Part shown: positions 19,638 to 29,077 of the stretch, in pieces | Numbering within the stretch: the stretch's first letter is position 1 | Layout of the letters: the number at the start of each line of letters is the position of its first letter | From: Bradymonadales bacterium | GTDB lineage: Bacteria; Myxococcota_A; Bradymonadia; UBA4248 | Direction of reading: 5' to 3' | Length of the DNA: 64,000 bases | Assembly (NCBI GenBank): GCA_041656175.1 | Contig: JBBAEA010000001.1 | Coordinates: forward strand, 7,559 to 71,558 | The notes under the pieces: model-generated | What the model was told of the DNA's origin: nothing | What the model saw: only the letters and a program-made list of their open reading frames with translations | The model's database searches: none | Made by a program: the position numbers and the translations under genes

Positions 19638-20219
19638 TTAGTTAAGACTAAAAGCAGCCACCATATCTGTGTCGATCGACCAGTTGTCGTCGAGTTTTTG
19701 GTTCAAAATGATGACAACGCGCTTGCTATCGGGAGTCCAAAATGCGTTTTTGATGCTAACGGCGGCGTATTTTGTTTTGGCGGTGTTGGAAAAAACCGTA
19801 GCATAACCCAAAGTCATAGATTGATCCCCCGCGCTTAAGGTTAGTTGCAAGTTCTCACCAATGACCTGGCCACCGAGTGTGTAGCCAGCAGGTGCCACAA
19901 AACCCGCAACGCCTGTTTGCGATATGGCGTAGGGTGCAACAGCGGGGCTTTGGAGTGCTTTTTGTAGGTTAATGCCCTGCAGCGGTACAACCAGTGTTGG
20001 GCCAGTTCCGCCTATTTTGTAAATGACGAGACTGTGGCCTGAGAGCTTGCTTCCCTGCACAACGGCGTAAAAATCGGGGTTAACGCCAAAGCCAACGAAT
20101 TCCATGGTGATTTTATCGGCATCTTGCGCGGATGCTTCGTGGTATGGGAAAAGGTTGACCAAAAAGACCAAGCAAAACGCTCCGATTAGGAGCATAAAGG
20201 TTTTGAAACGTCCACTCAT
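19638..20219 (-). CDS. Hypothetical exported protein
   Basis: Start at the internal Met preceded by a GGAGG RBS. Signal peptide MSGRFKTFMLLIGAFCLVFLVNLF...ASAQ. No recognised domain. Confidence 0.4.
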   Translation of the reverse strand: MSGRFKTFMLLIGAFCLVFLVNLFPYHEASAQDADKITMEFVGFGVNPDFYAVVQGSKLSGHSLVIYKIGGTGPTLVVPLQGINLQKALQSPAVAPYAISQTGVAGFVAPAGYTLGGQVIGENLQLTLSAGDQSMTLGYATVFSNTAKTKYAAVSIKNAFWTPDSKRVVIILNQKLDDNWSIDTDMVAAFSLN

Positions 20220-20299
20220 CGCTGCCTCCAAAGGTTTATAGCAAAGAACTAACCCCACTACAGATACGCCCAAATAATGATTTTATTTATTTTCGCCGT

Positions 20300-20560
20300 A
20301 GTTGCAAGCGCTTTGTTCGGCTTGAAGCTGTTTTAGATGGATATTGACGGGGCATTCACCGATCTTTGCTCATATTTTAATTTTTTCGATCATAAGCTTA
20401 CTCTAATTCAGTAGGGCAGCGCCCTCATAGAACAGAGCGGTACTGGTGTAGAGGCAGCTTTCAAACCTGCTCTTGATGAATGCAAAAATCGTATAAAGCG
20501 CAATCGTAGGGCAAGGGAAGAGAGACTATCGCATAAAATAAAGTCAAGACATCAAGTCTT
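20300..20560. repeat. Partial or degenerate family 2 element (boundaries approximate)
   Basis: CAGTAGGGCAGCGCCC...GAGGCAGCTTTCAAACCTGCTC and AAAATAAAGTCAAGACATCAAGTC match the family-2 core blocks (CAGTAGGGGGCATCTTTCAAACCTGCCCC, AAAATAAAGTCAATAAAATCAATA). Confidence 0.45.
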
Positions 20561-20577
20561 CCCGTAGCCGTTACATG

Positions 20578-22521
20578 CTACTCCAAAACAAAGCCCTGCC
20601 TCAGTTCTATGTTCTCGCCTTCAAAGGCTTGGAACACCCAGCGATCTTTCTTAGCATCTAAACAATTGAGAAAGTTCTGCGACACTTGCTTTGAATCTAC
20701 TTTATAGCTTTTAACCGTTCCGTTTGGCTGAACTACGATGTTAATATAGATCTTTGAAACAGAAGCTTGCCCCATTTTGAGTTCTCTTTTGTGGCACTCT
20801 TGTATGGTTCTTGATACCGATTTAAGGCCGCTGTTAAAGGCTAGTCTATCACTTTGCCCTGGCCGTTTTAGACCTGCGTATTTAGAGGCTTGTACAAAAT
20901 TTGTAGCATCGCTTTGTTGAATGGTTTTGGGAATAACTTGTATAGAATCCCGGCGCCCTAAGCTAGGTAAGGCTGCGGAATTGGCGAGTTTAGAGGGTTC
21001 TGCGTCTGCATTTGGGAGTTTTGAGCCGTTCGCGCTGTTTGCATGAGCGTTTGCTGTATTTTGCCTTGCATTGCCATTACTGCGCTCTGGTTTTGTGTTG
21101 TAGTGGATATTTTGTGTAATGATTTCAAAATCGTCTTCAGGCGTGTAGCGGCTGAGCTCATCTTCATCGACGTAGGAACCTTCAACCGAAGCAAGGCTTC
21201 GATCGATGTATTGTACCTGTGTAGGCTCTTCGTCGTTTTTAAGAAAGATGAAGGCAAAGACTCCTATACCCACGACGCCTAAGAGTAAGAAGGCTAAAAT
21301 AAATAAACGTCGAATTTGCTTTCTTTGTACATTTTGCAGATGTTCGATTTGCAGCAGCATGGAGTGCTCTGCGCTTGGAAGTGGCTCTAGATCTTCCTCC
21401 GCTTCTCGCAGGAGGTCGATTTTTGCGAAAATATCATCGCTCTGGCGTACACTTTTCTCTACGGTGGAAACTCGCGCGACTTCATTGCTATCGCCAAAAA
21501 CTATGCGTTTAATCTCTTCGCTGTCCAGCGCTTTGTTCGGCGAACTTTTAAACTCTTCGCTTGGATTTGTAATGGCGTCGATCTCTTGTTGGGAATACAC
21601 TTGGGTGCTTTCGTCTAGATCAATGGCATCTAGCAACCTATCGCTTGGTTCTATCGAAATTGCCTCATCACCTTCCCTTGAGGTCTCTACAGCATCGCTT
21701 TGAGCAATGGTAATGACATCGCTCTCTTGGCTGGCGAGATCTATGCTGATTTCATCGATATCTAAAAACTTGTCCTCGAGTTCCGTATTGATCTTAAGTT
21801 CTTCCTCTATCGATACGTCGAGGCTAATTTCGGGCAGGCTGATGTCTTTTAGTCCTTGAATACTGGGGCTAGAGTTTTGGCTTGAGTTAGCTTCACCCAA
21901 GCGCGCCAATTCTTCTAAACCGATGCCAGAATCTGTGCGACGCACAGCATCAAAGTTTGTGCTCGGTGTTTGTTCTAGGCGATTTTTTAGCCCCGCGATA
22001 TTAGGTTTTGAGCGCCGCAGTACATCTTTGCCACTTGAGCTAGGGCTAGGCGAATTGAGAAGTGGCGGCAGTGAGTAGCTCGAACTTTTGGACAGAAATG
22101 GAGCAGGTGGTGGTGGCGGTGGCGGCGGTTCGTTTTTGGCGAGTATTGCACTGCTAAAAGCTTCTACTTCTAACGCGGGCTTCCACTCAACTAAACTTTT
22201 GTGCCACACAAAACTTGATTCCGGCGCTTCGCCAGTTTCAAAGCGTTGAATCAGTTCATCTTTGCGAAAAGGGCCTCGACTCTCGCCGTTAACGGAAAAA
22301 TACCAGTCTGCCAGCGAACGCGTTGGCGAAATGGCGGGACGTGCGGATGAACTCCTCCACTTTTCAAGTTTTTTGCTCGTCTCTTCTTTGACGTTTGCGA
22401 GATCTACTCGCATCAATATTTGGTTGTCGCAATGACGACATTGCAAGCGCACTACCGACTTAACGATTTTTTCATCGGGGACAAGATACGAGGCTTGGCA
22501 CTGATCGCAAACTATCCGCAT
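20578..22521 (-). CDS. Zinc-ribbon (MJ0042-type) / GYF-like (DUF4339) / TM / AgmX-PglI-like C-terminal domain protein
   Basis: N-terminus CDQC...CRHC. GYF-like DWYFSVNGESRGPF...WHKSLVEWK. Proline tract and a long acidic disordered region. One TM with N-in topology. The C-terminal ~80 aa resemble an AgmX/PglI or TonB-C-like domain. Confidence 0.6.
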   Translation of the reverse strand: MRIVCDQCQASYLVPDEKIVKSVVRLQCRHCDNQILMRVDLANVKEETSKKLEKWRSSSARPAISPTRSLADWYFSVNGESRGPFRKDELIQRFETGEAPESSFVWHKSLVEWKPALEVEAFSSAILAKNEPPPPPPPPAPFLSKSSSYSLPPLLNSPSPSSSGKDVLRRSKPNIAGLKNRLEQTPSTNFDAVRRTDSGIGLEELARLGEANSSQNSSPSIQGLKDISLPEISLDVSIEEELKINTELEDKFLDIDEISIDLASQESDVITIAQSDAVETSREGDEAISIEPSDRLLDAIDLDESTQVYSQQEIDAITNPSEEFKSSPNKALDSEEIKRIVFGDSNEVARVSTVEKSVRQSDDIFAKIDLLREAEEDLEPLPSAEHSMLLQIEHLQNVQRKQIRRLFILAFLLLGVVGIGVFAFIFLKNDEEPTQVQYIDRSLASVEGSYVDEDELSRYTPEDDFEIITQNIHYNTKPERSNGNARQNTANAHANSANGSKLPNADAEPSKLANSAALPSLGRRDSIQVIPKTIQQSDATNFVQASKYAGLKRPGQSDRLAFNSGLKSVSRTIQECHKRELKMGQASVSKIYINIVVQPNGTVKSYKVDSKQVSQNFLNCLDAKKDRWVFQAFEGENIELRQGFVLE

Positions 22522-22650
22522 GTTACATCACAATCTAATGATAACTACACAACTTTCTCCCACTCTCACCCCACGCTGCAATCTGACACAAAGCGAGTGG
22601 AATGCCAAGTAAATGAGGTGAGGGGGCTGGCGCGAAAAAGATTCAGCTTT

Positions 22651-22826
22651 TTCTATGGAAACTTTGATTAAACAAACCCCGTCTATGTGCTTACGCCCTT
22701 AGGACCCGTTTTTGTGTGTAGAGTTTTGATTTTATTGATTTTAAACGCTCGCCTGAATTTCATTTTGTAATTAAGGGCAGGTTTGAAACCAGCCCCTGCT
22801 GTTTTTGCTTTAATCAGATTTTTGCA
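22651..22826. repeat. MITE-like element, family 2
   Basis: GGAAACTTTGATTAAAC ... CCCTTAGGACCC ... TTTGATTTTATTGATTTT ... AAGGGCAGGTTTGAAACCAGCCCCTGC ... TTTAATCAGATTT. Confidence 0.65.
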
Positions 22827-22899
22827 AAAAGAAAAAAGCTCCCCGCAAAGCTCAAAAGAAATACCTAATGCGGAGCTGGGGCAGAGCGCCATCAATAGA

Positions 22900-23970
22900 T
22901 CAGACAAATGGGCTGCTGGGGACAGCGTTGATTTTACTCGCCTCTATCAAAGTGTAGGGTATGAGCGCCTGTGATTTAAGGGGGTGGGCTTTGAGTATGC
23001 GATCGAGCTCTGCGATGAAATCGCCATATTGCGGTACAGGAATGTTTTGGCAACCTTGGGATGATGCGTGTGATTCTGGGCAGCTATGGATATTGATGCC
23101 GATAGCTCTAGCCGACGTGTAGCGTGGGTCGCGTTCTGCAATCGCGCGTCGTGAGCGTTCGTAATCAATAAGGCTCAAAGCTAGTTCACCCGCTTCACTT
23201 CGTATTACCTCAATTTCGCTGACAGCGTTGAGCGCTCTGTACTGGACGCTCTCGGCGTTTTGTTCGAAAATAAGGGGAGCTTGAGAAGAGAGCGCATCAT
23301 ATTCGATGATGGCTTGCATATGCCGAATTTCACGCGTTCGGTGCAATCCTAATTGGTAAAAGTACTGCCCATCGCGTAGGTGCGCTGTGCCTTGGGGCCA
23401 AGCGATATTGGGGGAGAGAGCAGCGTTGTAGGCTTTGGCATGGGGGCGCGAGTTCTTGTCTAAGTAACACAAAATGACGCAGTCGCAAAATCCTTTACCG
23501 TAGCTCGAAAAATAGTCACTCGCCGTTCCTGCGTCCAATGCGCGCTGTGCCATAAGCGCTTCTTGTCCTTGAACGATGTAGCCATTTTGAACTTTAGCAC
23601 CACGTATACCCAAAAGCTGAGCTTGCATAGGGAGATCCCAAAAAAGAGCCGAACTCGCCAGTATGGTGGCGCGCGCATCATTATATAATGATGCGCTATC
23701 GAGTTTTGCGATTACGCGAGCACTCAGGTTTGGGCCAAGCAAAGTTTCGGCCAAAACGGGAAAGCGCTCTTCGAGTAAAAGTCGCGTTTTCGGACAGAGT
23801 AAACCGTTAGCGTTGAGTTGTTTGGGGTGCTCGCGCTGAAAGTCGATAATGGCTTGAATGCTTTTGATGCTCCATGCATCGGTATTATGGCATAGCACTG
23901 CTTGCAGCTTACGTTTCCAATCCATACGTAGGCCAAGCGCCGAGTTGTACACAAGCGCAGCGTTTAACAT
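22900..23970 (-). CDS. Hypothetical protein with an N-terminal peptidoglycan-binding-like (PG_binding_1-like) segment
   Basis: DAWSIKSIQAIIDFQ...NANGLLCPKTRLLL matches the PG_binding_1 pattern. The C-terminal region ...NIHSCPESHASSQGCQN is unassigned. It is the last gene of a 3-gene minus-strand operon. Confidence 0.35.
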   Translation of the reverse strand: MLNAALVYNSALGLRMDWKRKLQAVLCHNTDAWSIKSIQAIIDFQREHPKQLNANGLLCPKTRLLLEERFPVLAETLLGPNLSARVIAKLDSASLYNDARATILASSALFWDLPMQAQLLGIRGAKVQNGYIVQGQEALMAQRALDAGTASDYFSSYGKGFCDCVILCYLDKNSRPHAKAYNAALSPNIAWPQGTAHLRDGQYFYQLGLHRTREIRHMQAIIEYDALSSQAPLIFEQNAESVQYRALNAVSEIEVIRSEAGELALSLIDYERSRRAIAERDPRYTSARAIGINIHSCPESHASSQGCQNIPVPQYGDFIAELDRILKAHPLKSQALIPYTLIEASKINAVPSSPFV

Positions 23971-23971
23971 G

Positions 23972-24862
23972 CTAGAACACTATATGTAGATTCGCGCCCC
24001 CAGCGCCAATAGACCAGCTCAAGGTTTTGTCGGTGTTTGCTTTTAACTTATAGCGCTGGTAGCCTCCAAAGACTGCCATGACGGTTCCCGTAATGAGTAA
24101 GCCCGTGCCAACGCCGATTAATGCATAACCTGCACGGTTTTGTTGAAGATTTTCAAAGATGACGCGATTTGTCTTCGCTTTTTCTTGGAAGCGGCAAATT
24201 CCATCATTATCGCAATCAAGAAAATCACTCATTCTGAACGTTATGGGCATTTTCGCAACGCCGATGCCAACACCAGTAAACACGATGCCTGCTATGCCTA
24301 AGCCCACGCCCGTCCACATTATGGTGCTGTGGTATGAAATTTCATCTTTTACCAAGAGCTCATATTCGGCGCTTTGGCTAGCCAGCGTCTGTAACTGCTG
24401 GTCTAGCTCTGTCTGTATTACTTGATCTTCTTCGTCGATGGCGGACTCTTCAGGCGTTGGTATTGCTTCGAGTTCTGCCTCTAAGCGCGATTTCCAGTAT
24501 AATTGTGCAAGAGTGGGCTCGGCAGAAAACTCGGATAAATAATCCGTTGCCTTTCTAAAATGAACAAGTGCATTCTCTTGGTCTTCGATTTTTTGGTACG
24601 TTTTTGCCAAAATGTAGTTGAGTAGCGGCGCGCGCTCGCAGATCATTTGCATCTGGAAAGCTTGCGTCAAAGCTTCGACATAGTCTTCTTGCTCGAAAGA
24701 CTCAGTAAACTTTACATAAAGTGCAATCCACTCGCTGTTGCTCTCTAAACCGTAGCAAGCGTCTTGCGCCGACGCGCGATTTGGCGCCAAAATCACCATG
24801 AACACTGTAGCCAAAAGCAAAACTGTGACACAAAGCTGTTTTACCTGCATGTTTTTCTCCAT
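23972..24862 (-). CDS. Hypothetical membrane protein (signal peptide, soluble helical domain, 2 TM)
   Basis: Signal peptide, Gly-rich TM helices (GVGLGIAGIVFTGVGIGV and ALIGVGTGLLITGTVMAVFGG) and a DCDNDGIC loop. No known domain. Confidence 0.4.
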   Translation of the reverse strand: MEKNMQVKQLCVTVLLLATVFMVILAPNRASAQDACYGLESNSEWIALYVKFTESFEQEDYVEALTQAFQMQMICERAPLLNYILAKTYQKIEDQENALVHFRKATDYLSEFSAEPTLAQLYWKSRLEAELEAIPTPEESAIDEEDQVIQTELDQQLQTLASQSAEYELLVKDEISYHSTIMWTGVGLGIAGIVFTGVGIGVAKMPITFRMSDFLDCDNDGICRFQEKAKTNRVIFENLQQNRAGYALIGVGTGLLITGTVMAVFGGYQRYKLKANTDKTLSWSIGAGGANLHIVF

Positions 24863-24887
24863 CTACAGAGCTTCCCCGCACGAAATA

Positions 24888-25751
24888 CTATATTAAATTA
24901 TCCTCTGGATCGTAAACAAATGAGAGACAATAAAGGTCAAGGTCGCAAGCCCAAACATGTCGTAACGCCCTCACAAACTCCTCATAATTCTCGTTCTCGG
25001 CAGCCGACCAAGACGCGAGCCCTTTTTTGGGTGAACGCAACAATTCGTCAAACCCTGCTTCATCTAAAACTTTAATGGTATCGCCTTTGCTATTGAGCTT
25101 CAAAGCCTTGCTCTGCTTTGTCCCCGTCGTTCCCTTGGAGCCAATAATCAAGTAGTCAATTTTGCTCGACACCGATCCCTGCGTCTCGATCCCGACTTCC
25201 AAAAGCGCGTTTTCCGCATCCTCGCGCTTCATGTGCGATAATCTACCAGCAATCGCTGCGGTCTTTCGCTGCATAAAAGACTCATCACCAAAAACGCCCA
25301 ACAAAAGCGCCTTACACTGCTCGACATCCAAGAATCCCCATTGTATTTCCTCGATTGGAGAAAGATAATCCGCAATCGCCGAGCGCGTAAAGTCCTTACA
25401 AAACTCTGCATGCCCCAAGTGCTCAAAAAATGGCAACAAAATCTCATCTTGGCGCTCTTGAGTAACGATGCGAAATCGCCTGTGACCCGCGTCACTCAAC
25501 AACATCAGCATCGCCACACATTCCGATGAAGCCTGCAAACTTGCCGGCGGATCCATAATGATGGCCTTCATCGCCGATTCCCAATCATACATCAAGCCCG
25601 CGTCCAAACCGAGCGTCCTCTGCGCAAAGTCGCCCAAACGCAAGTAGCGCTCCACCATGGTTTTATCGCGACTGCCCACGATGTTGAGCGTATCTTCGAT
25701 ATATCCAGAATAAATGTCGTAAACATACAAAGTCATTGCAATCTCTTCCAA
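24888..25751 (-). CDS. BRCT-domain protein with an N-terminal domain of unknown function
   Basis: The C-terminal ~80 aa (IAGRLSHMKREDAENALLEVGIETQGSVSSKIDYLIIGSKGTTGTKQSKALKLNSKGDTIKVLDEAGFDELL) match the LigA-type BRCT fold pattern. The N-terminal ~190 aa are unassigned. Confidence 0.5.
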   Translation of the reverse strand: MEEIAMTLYVYDIYSGYIEDTLNIVGSRDKTMVERYLRLGDFAQRTLGLDAGLMYDWESAMKAIIMDPPASLQASSECVAMLMLLSDAGHRRFRIVTQERQDEILLPFFEHLGHAEFCKDFTRSAIADYLSPIEEIQWGFLDVEQCKALLLGVFGDESFMQRKTAAIAGRLSHMKREDAENALLEVGIETQGSVSSKIDYLIIGSKGTTGTKQSKALKLNSKGDTIKVLDEAGFDELLRSPKKGLASWSAAENENYEEFVRALRHVWACDLDLYCLSFVYDPEDNLI

Positions 25752-25774
25752 TAAAATTCAATTTCTTTTTGGGT

Positions 25775-25921
25775 GGGGGGGCAAGCCCCCCTACGCCCGA
25801 GCCTCACGCCTGCATTCGCTAAAAGCTGCAAAATAATTTGCACCGTCTTGGCTGTGCGCCAAGCCAGTGCAAATTATGCATCTTTTGTGAATGAAGGCGC
25901 GGGGTCTCGTGCTACCCCCCG
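25775..25921. repeat. MITE-like element, family 1 (divergent core)
   Basis: GGGGGGcaaGCCCCCCTACGCCCGAGCC ... internal palindrome GCAAATTATGCA/TGCAAAATAATTTGCA ... GTGCTACCCCCC. Confidence 0.75.
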
Positions 25922-26108
25922 TTTAATGGGCGAGAACAGTAGGTTTCGCCTCAGAATCAACAGCATTTGTAACGCTAAGAGCGCGTCTTTGGCAATATGA
26001 ATGATCTAAAGTAAGCAAACTAGCGAAGGCTGGCACCAAGATGGGCTGCTATGACATATTGTGACAATTATTTATTCTTTTGCTAGAGCCTGTAGTATAA
26101 AATTAATT

Positions 26109-26975
26109 TTAATACTCATAGTTCGGCTTTTGCTCAACGCGGCGCAAAAGTTCTTCACAGGCTCTACGGACCTGCTGCGAACTATCGGGATCGCGCAATG
26201 CAAACTCAATACTTGCCGTTAGCAGCCCTAAGGGCTGGCCTACGTCGTGACGCGTTCCCTCGTACACAATGCCGTAAAGCTCGTGCTCCGCACTAAACCG
26301 TCGCAAAGCGTCTGTAAGCTGAATTTCATCGTTCTTGCCGGGACTTTGCGTCTTTAGGTAGTCAAAAATCACTGGGCTCAAACAATAGCGACCCGTAACC
26401 GCAAGACTAGAAGGCGCAAGCGAAGGCTCGGGCTTTTCGACCAAATCCACCAATCGCAACACAGCATCGCTGTATGGCTCCGCCTTGACCATGCCGTACT
26501 GGCGGCGTTGTTCGTAGTCAACCTCCATCAGCAAAATCGAGGGAACTCGTTTACAGAGTAAAGCCGTACCGTTTTGCATCAAAACCTCGTCGGGGAGGAG
26601 AACTGCGAAGTTACGATTGCCAACTAAGGCTTGAGCACACAAAACGGCGTCGCCTAAGCCGCGAGGTTTGTCTTGGACGCATGCCATAAGCTTCACTTCA
26701 TCGTGAAGTTTTCCGTAAGAATGGTCTTGGAATTCGGCGCTTAAATCCGAGGAGTCGAAACGCAAAAAGTGCCCGAAAACATCCGACTTTTCGGGACCAA
26801 TGACAAAGATTATTTCCTTGCAGCCGGCTTTAATGGCTTCTTCTAGAGCGTAGCTAGCGCTTGTGCGGCGCCAAACGGGCAGCAGCTCTTTAGCGACGGT
26901 TCTTGTTATTGGTAACCAACGGGTTCCGCGACCAGCAACAGGTATAACAGCTACTTCTACTGGACTATTTGTCAT
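26109..26975 (-). CDS. galU: UTP--glucose-1-phosphate uridylyltransferase
   Basis: N-terminal AVIPVAGRGTRWLPITRTVAKELLPV nucleotidyltransferase motif. 288 aa. Confidence 0.85.
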   Translation of the reverse strand: MTNSPVEVAVIPVAGRGTRWLPITRTVAKELLPVWRRTSASYALEEAIKAGCKEIIFVIGPEKSDVFGHFLRFDSSDLSAEFQDHSYGKLHDEVKLMACVQDKPRGLGDAVLCAQALVGNRNFAVLLPDEVLMQNGTALLCKRVPSILLMEVDYEQRRQYGMVKAEPYSDAVLRLVDLVEKPEPSLAPSSLAVTGRYCLSPVIFDYLKTQSPGKNDEIQLTDALRRFSAEHELYGIVYEGTRHDVGQPLGLLTASIEFALRDPDSSQQVRRACEELLRRVEQKPNYEY

Positions 26976-27165
26976 ACGGTTTCCAAGAAGGAGAAAGCAA
27001 GGCTTCGAGTTTTATACGCACATGTTCGCCTTTTGCGCAATAATGTTCAATGCTTTTTGCGATGCGCCTTGTTTTGTTAGGACAAGTCCTTGTCACTGCA
27101 TAGAGTCGAGGACTTAAAGTCCGTGCGCTACACGAATATATCACTTGCTCAGTCTGTTGGGTAGG

Positions 27166-27312
27166 AGGGGGTAGCCCAAGATCGCCCGATAAATTCGCCC
27201 GTATATGCATTTTATGCCTTGGTTTGGCATAGCCAAAACAAGGCATAAAATAAAGCAGATACAGGCGAATTTTGAGGGAAGCTTGGGCGTAGGGGGAAAC
27301 TTCCCCCTACGC
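27166..27312. repeat. MITE-like element, family 1 (divergent core)
   Basis: GGGGGTAGCCCAAGATCGCCCGAT ... palindrome TTTATGCCTTGGTTTGGCATAGCCAAAACAAGGCATAAA ... GAGGGAAGCTTGGGCGTAGGGGGaaacttCCCCC. Confidence 0.8.
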
Positions 27313-27360
27313 CCAAAAAGTCGAGAACTGTGTAGCTTTCAGACTTGAGTAGCGCAGCGA

Positions 27361-28914
27361 TTAAAAACTATATTTGCCTTGCAAGTAAACAAAATTCGAC
27401 CCAACGACGCGGTTGCCAAATTTTGAGTCGTTTGACCCGAAGTGTAACAACGCGCCGGCGGCGATTTCAGTCCCAGGCCAAAAGCGGAAGGACAGGGCGG
27501 GATAGAGTATAGCACTGGGCTCGGTGAGTTGTAAAATGCTGAAGATACGCAAAAGCATTTGTTCGTTAAAGAATTTAATATCGGCGCCGGCAACGAGGTA
27601 GTTGCCAAGGTTTGAGGCGCCAAACTCGTCGACAAAGCCATGAAGGTACTGAATGTTAAAGTATAGCCATTTAGTTACGGAGTTATCGATACCGACGGCG
27701 GCTTTCCAGAAGTGTCCCTTTTTGACTTGTTTTTCGTTAATCGTAGTGCCGTTGATGTCCACATCAAGTTTGACGTCGTCATGAATGGTGACGGCAACTT
27801 CGGCCCATAGTCCTGTGCCCCACAAAAAGTCGAGGCTAGTCGCCATGTCCATGCCAACAACCCAGACTCGTGGGTAGACCAAGTTTACGTCGGTGTAGCC
27901 AGTAAGGCTGCGGACCTTTCCCTCGTTTCCGAAGTTTGTGAGAATGCCTTTGAGTTGTTCGAGTTCAGAGTCGGTTCCCGCGACGTAGGGTAGGTAATAT
28001 TTGAGAGCGTCGTTGACGTCGGAGAGCGTGGAAACGGCGTTAACATTGACGGTACTGGGTTGTACGTTGTGGTCAAAGCCGTAGTAGCCCATAAAGCTCA
28101 GGTCAACGCCGAGCAGACTAAAGGATAGCCTCGCGCCTACTTGGGAGTTTGCCATGGAGTCGCTGGGTTCGTTGACGCGGACGTTGTAGAGAACTTCGCC
28201 GCCGTAGTCTAGGAAGAGCTCTTGAATGTCGACGAGTTTGTGCAAGGTTTTGGAGTGCGCGAAGCGGCGGAATTGATTGGGTTCAGAGAAGGCATATTCG
28301 GAGGAATATGGCACCATTGCTGAACGAAAGAGCGGCACCCAAACGAGTTGCAATTGTAGTTCGTCAAATATCGGGGTATTCTCCCCGTCGACGCTCCAGC
28401 CAGGGCTATAGGTTAGGCTGATCATTTCGTTTGCCACTTTTCGCCCAAAATCCATAGGATCTTCAAGGTCTAGGGGGCTGATGACGGAGGTGGGGTTAAA
28501 GGCGTCGGCAGACCCCCAGTCGATGGTTTGGCGCCCAGCGCGGATGTCGAGGCCATCAAGGATAAAGTCGTTGATGCGCAAGTATAGTGCATCGCTTTCG
28601 ATGTAGAAGGGGTCGACGTGATCGCGGTACTGCAGCGTTCGCATTTCGTTAACTTTGGAGCGTCCGCTGTAAGTTAACTGTGCGTCGGCTACCGCGTCGA
28701 CGTTGCCCCACGTGAACATGCCCGTAAACTTCACCGAGTTGTCACTGCGATCAAAACGGAAACCAGCTACGTCCTTGGGTCTGTCGTTGCCCGGGATGGT
28801 AAAGCGCAGATCGGTAGAAATGCTTCCCTTATATGAAAATTCTTGTGCGCTGAGCAGCGAAGGAATAAAAAGCGTGCTTAGCGCCACAAACAGTAAATAA
28901 TTTCTCAATCTCAT
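27361..28914 (-). CDS. Hypothetical outer-membrane beta-barrel protein
   Basis: Signal peptide. Alternating amphipathic strands. Ends in ...LQGKYSF with a C-terminal Phe. No specific family assigned. Confidence 0.45.
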   Translation of the reverse strand: MRLRNYLLFVALSTLFIPSLLSAQEFSYKGSISTDLRFTIPGNDRPKDVAGFRFDRSDNSVKFTGMFTWGNVDAVADAQLTYSGRSKVNEMRTLQYRDHVDPFYIESDALYLRINDFILDGLDIRAGRQTIDWGSADAFNPTSVISPLDLEDPMDFGRKVANEMISLTYSPGWSVDGENTPIFDELQLQLVWVPLFRSAMVPYSSEYAFSEPNQFRRFAHSKTLHKLVDIQELFLDYGGEVLYNVRVNEPSDSMANSQVGARLSFSLLGVDLSFMGYYGFDHNVQPSTVNVNAVSTLSDVNDALKYYLPYVAGTDSELEQLKGILTNFGNEGKVRSLTGYTDVNLVYPRVWVVGMDMATSLDFLWGTGLWAEVAVTIHDDVKLDVDINGTTINEKQVKKGHFWKAAVGIDNSVTKWLYFNIQYLHGFVDEFGASNLGNYLVAGADIKFFNEQMLLRIFSILQLTEPSAILYPALSFRFWPGTEIAAGALLHFGSNDSKFGNRVVGSNFVYLQGKYSF

Positions 28915-29077
28915 ACGTTAACCTGAAAGTTAATAAAGTCCGCTCCAAGTTTTGGCGTCTTAATGCATTGTGAAAGCACAAAGAAACCACATCGACGCCT
29001 CACAACGCTGGGATTGAGAAAATATTCAAATTGCGAAAAATTTGGTATGACTCGTTTTTGTGTGCGCTCTTTGTAAA

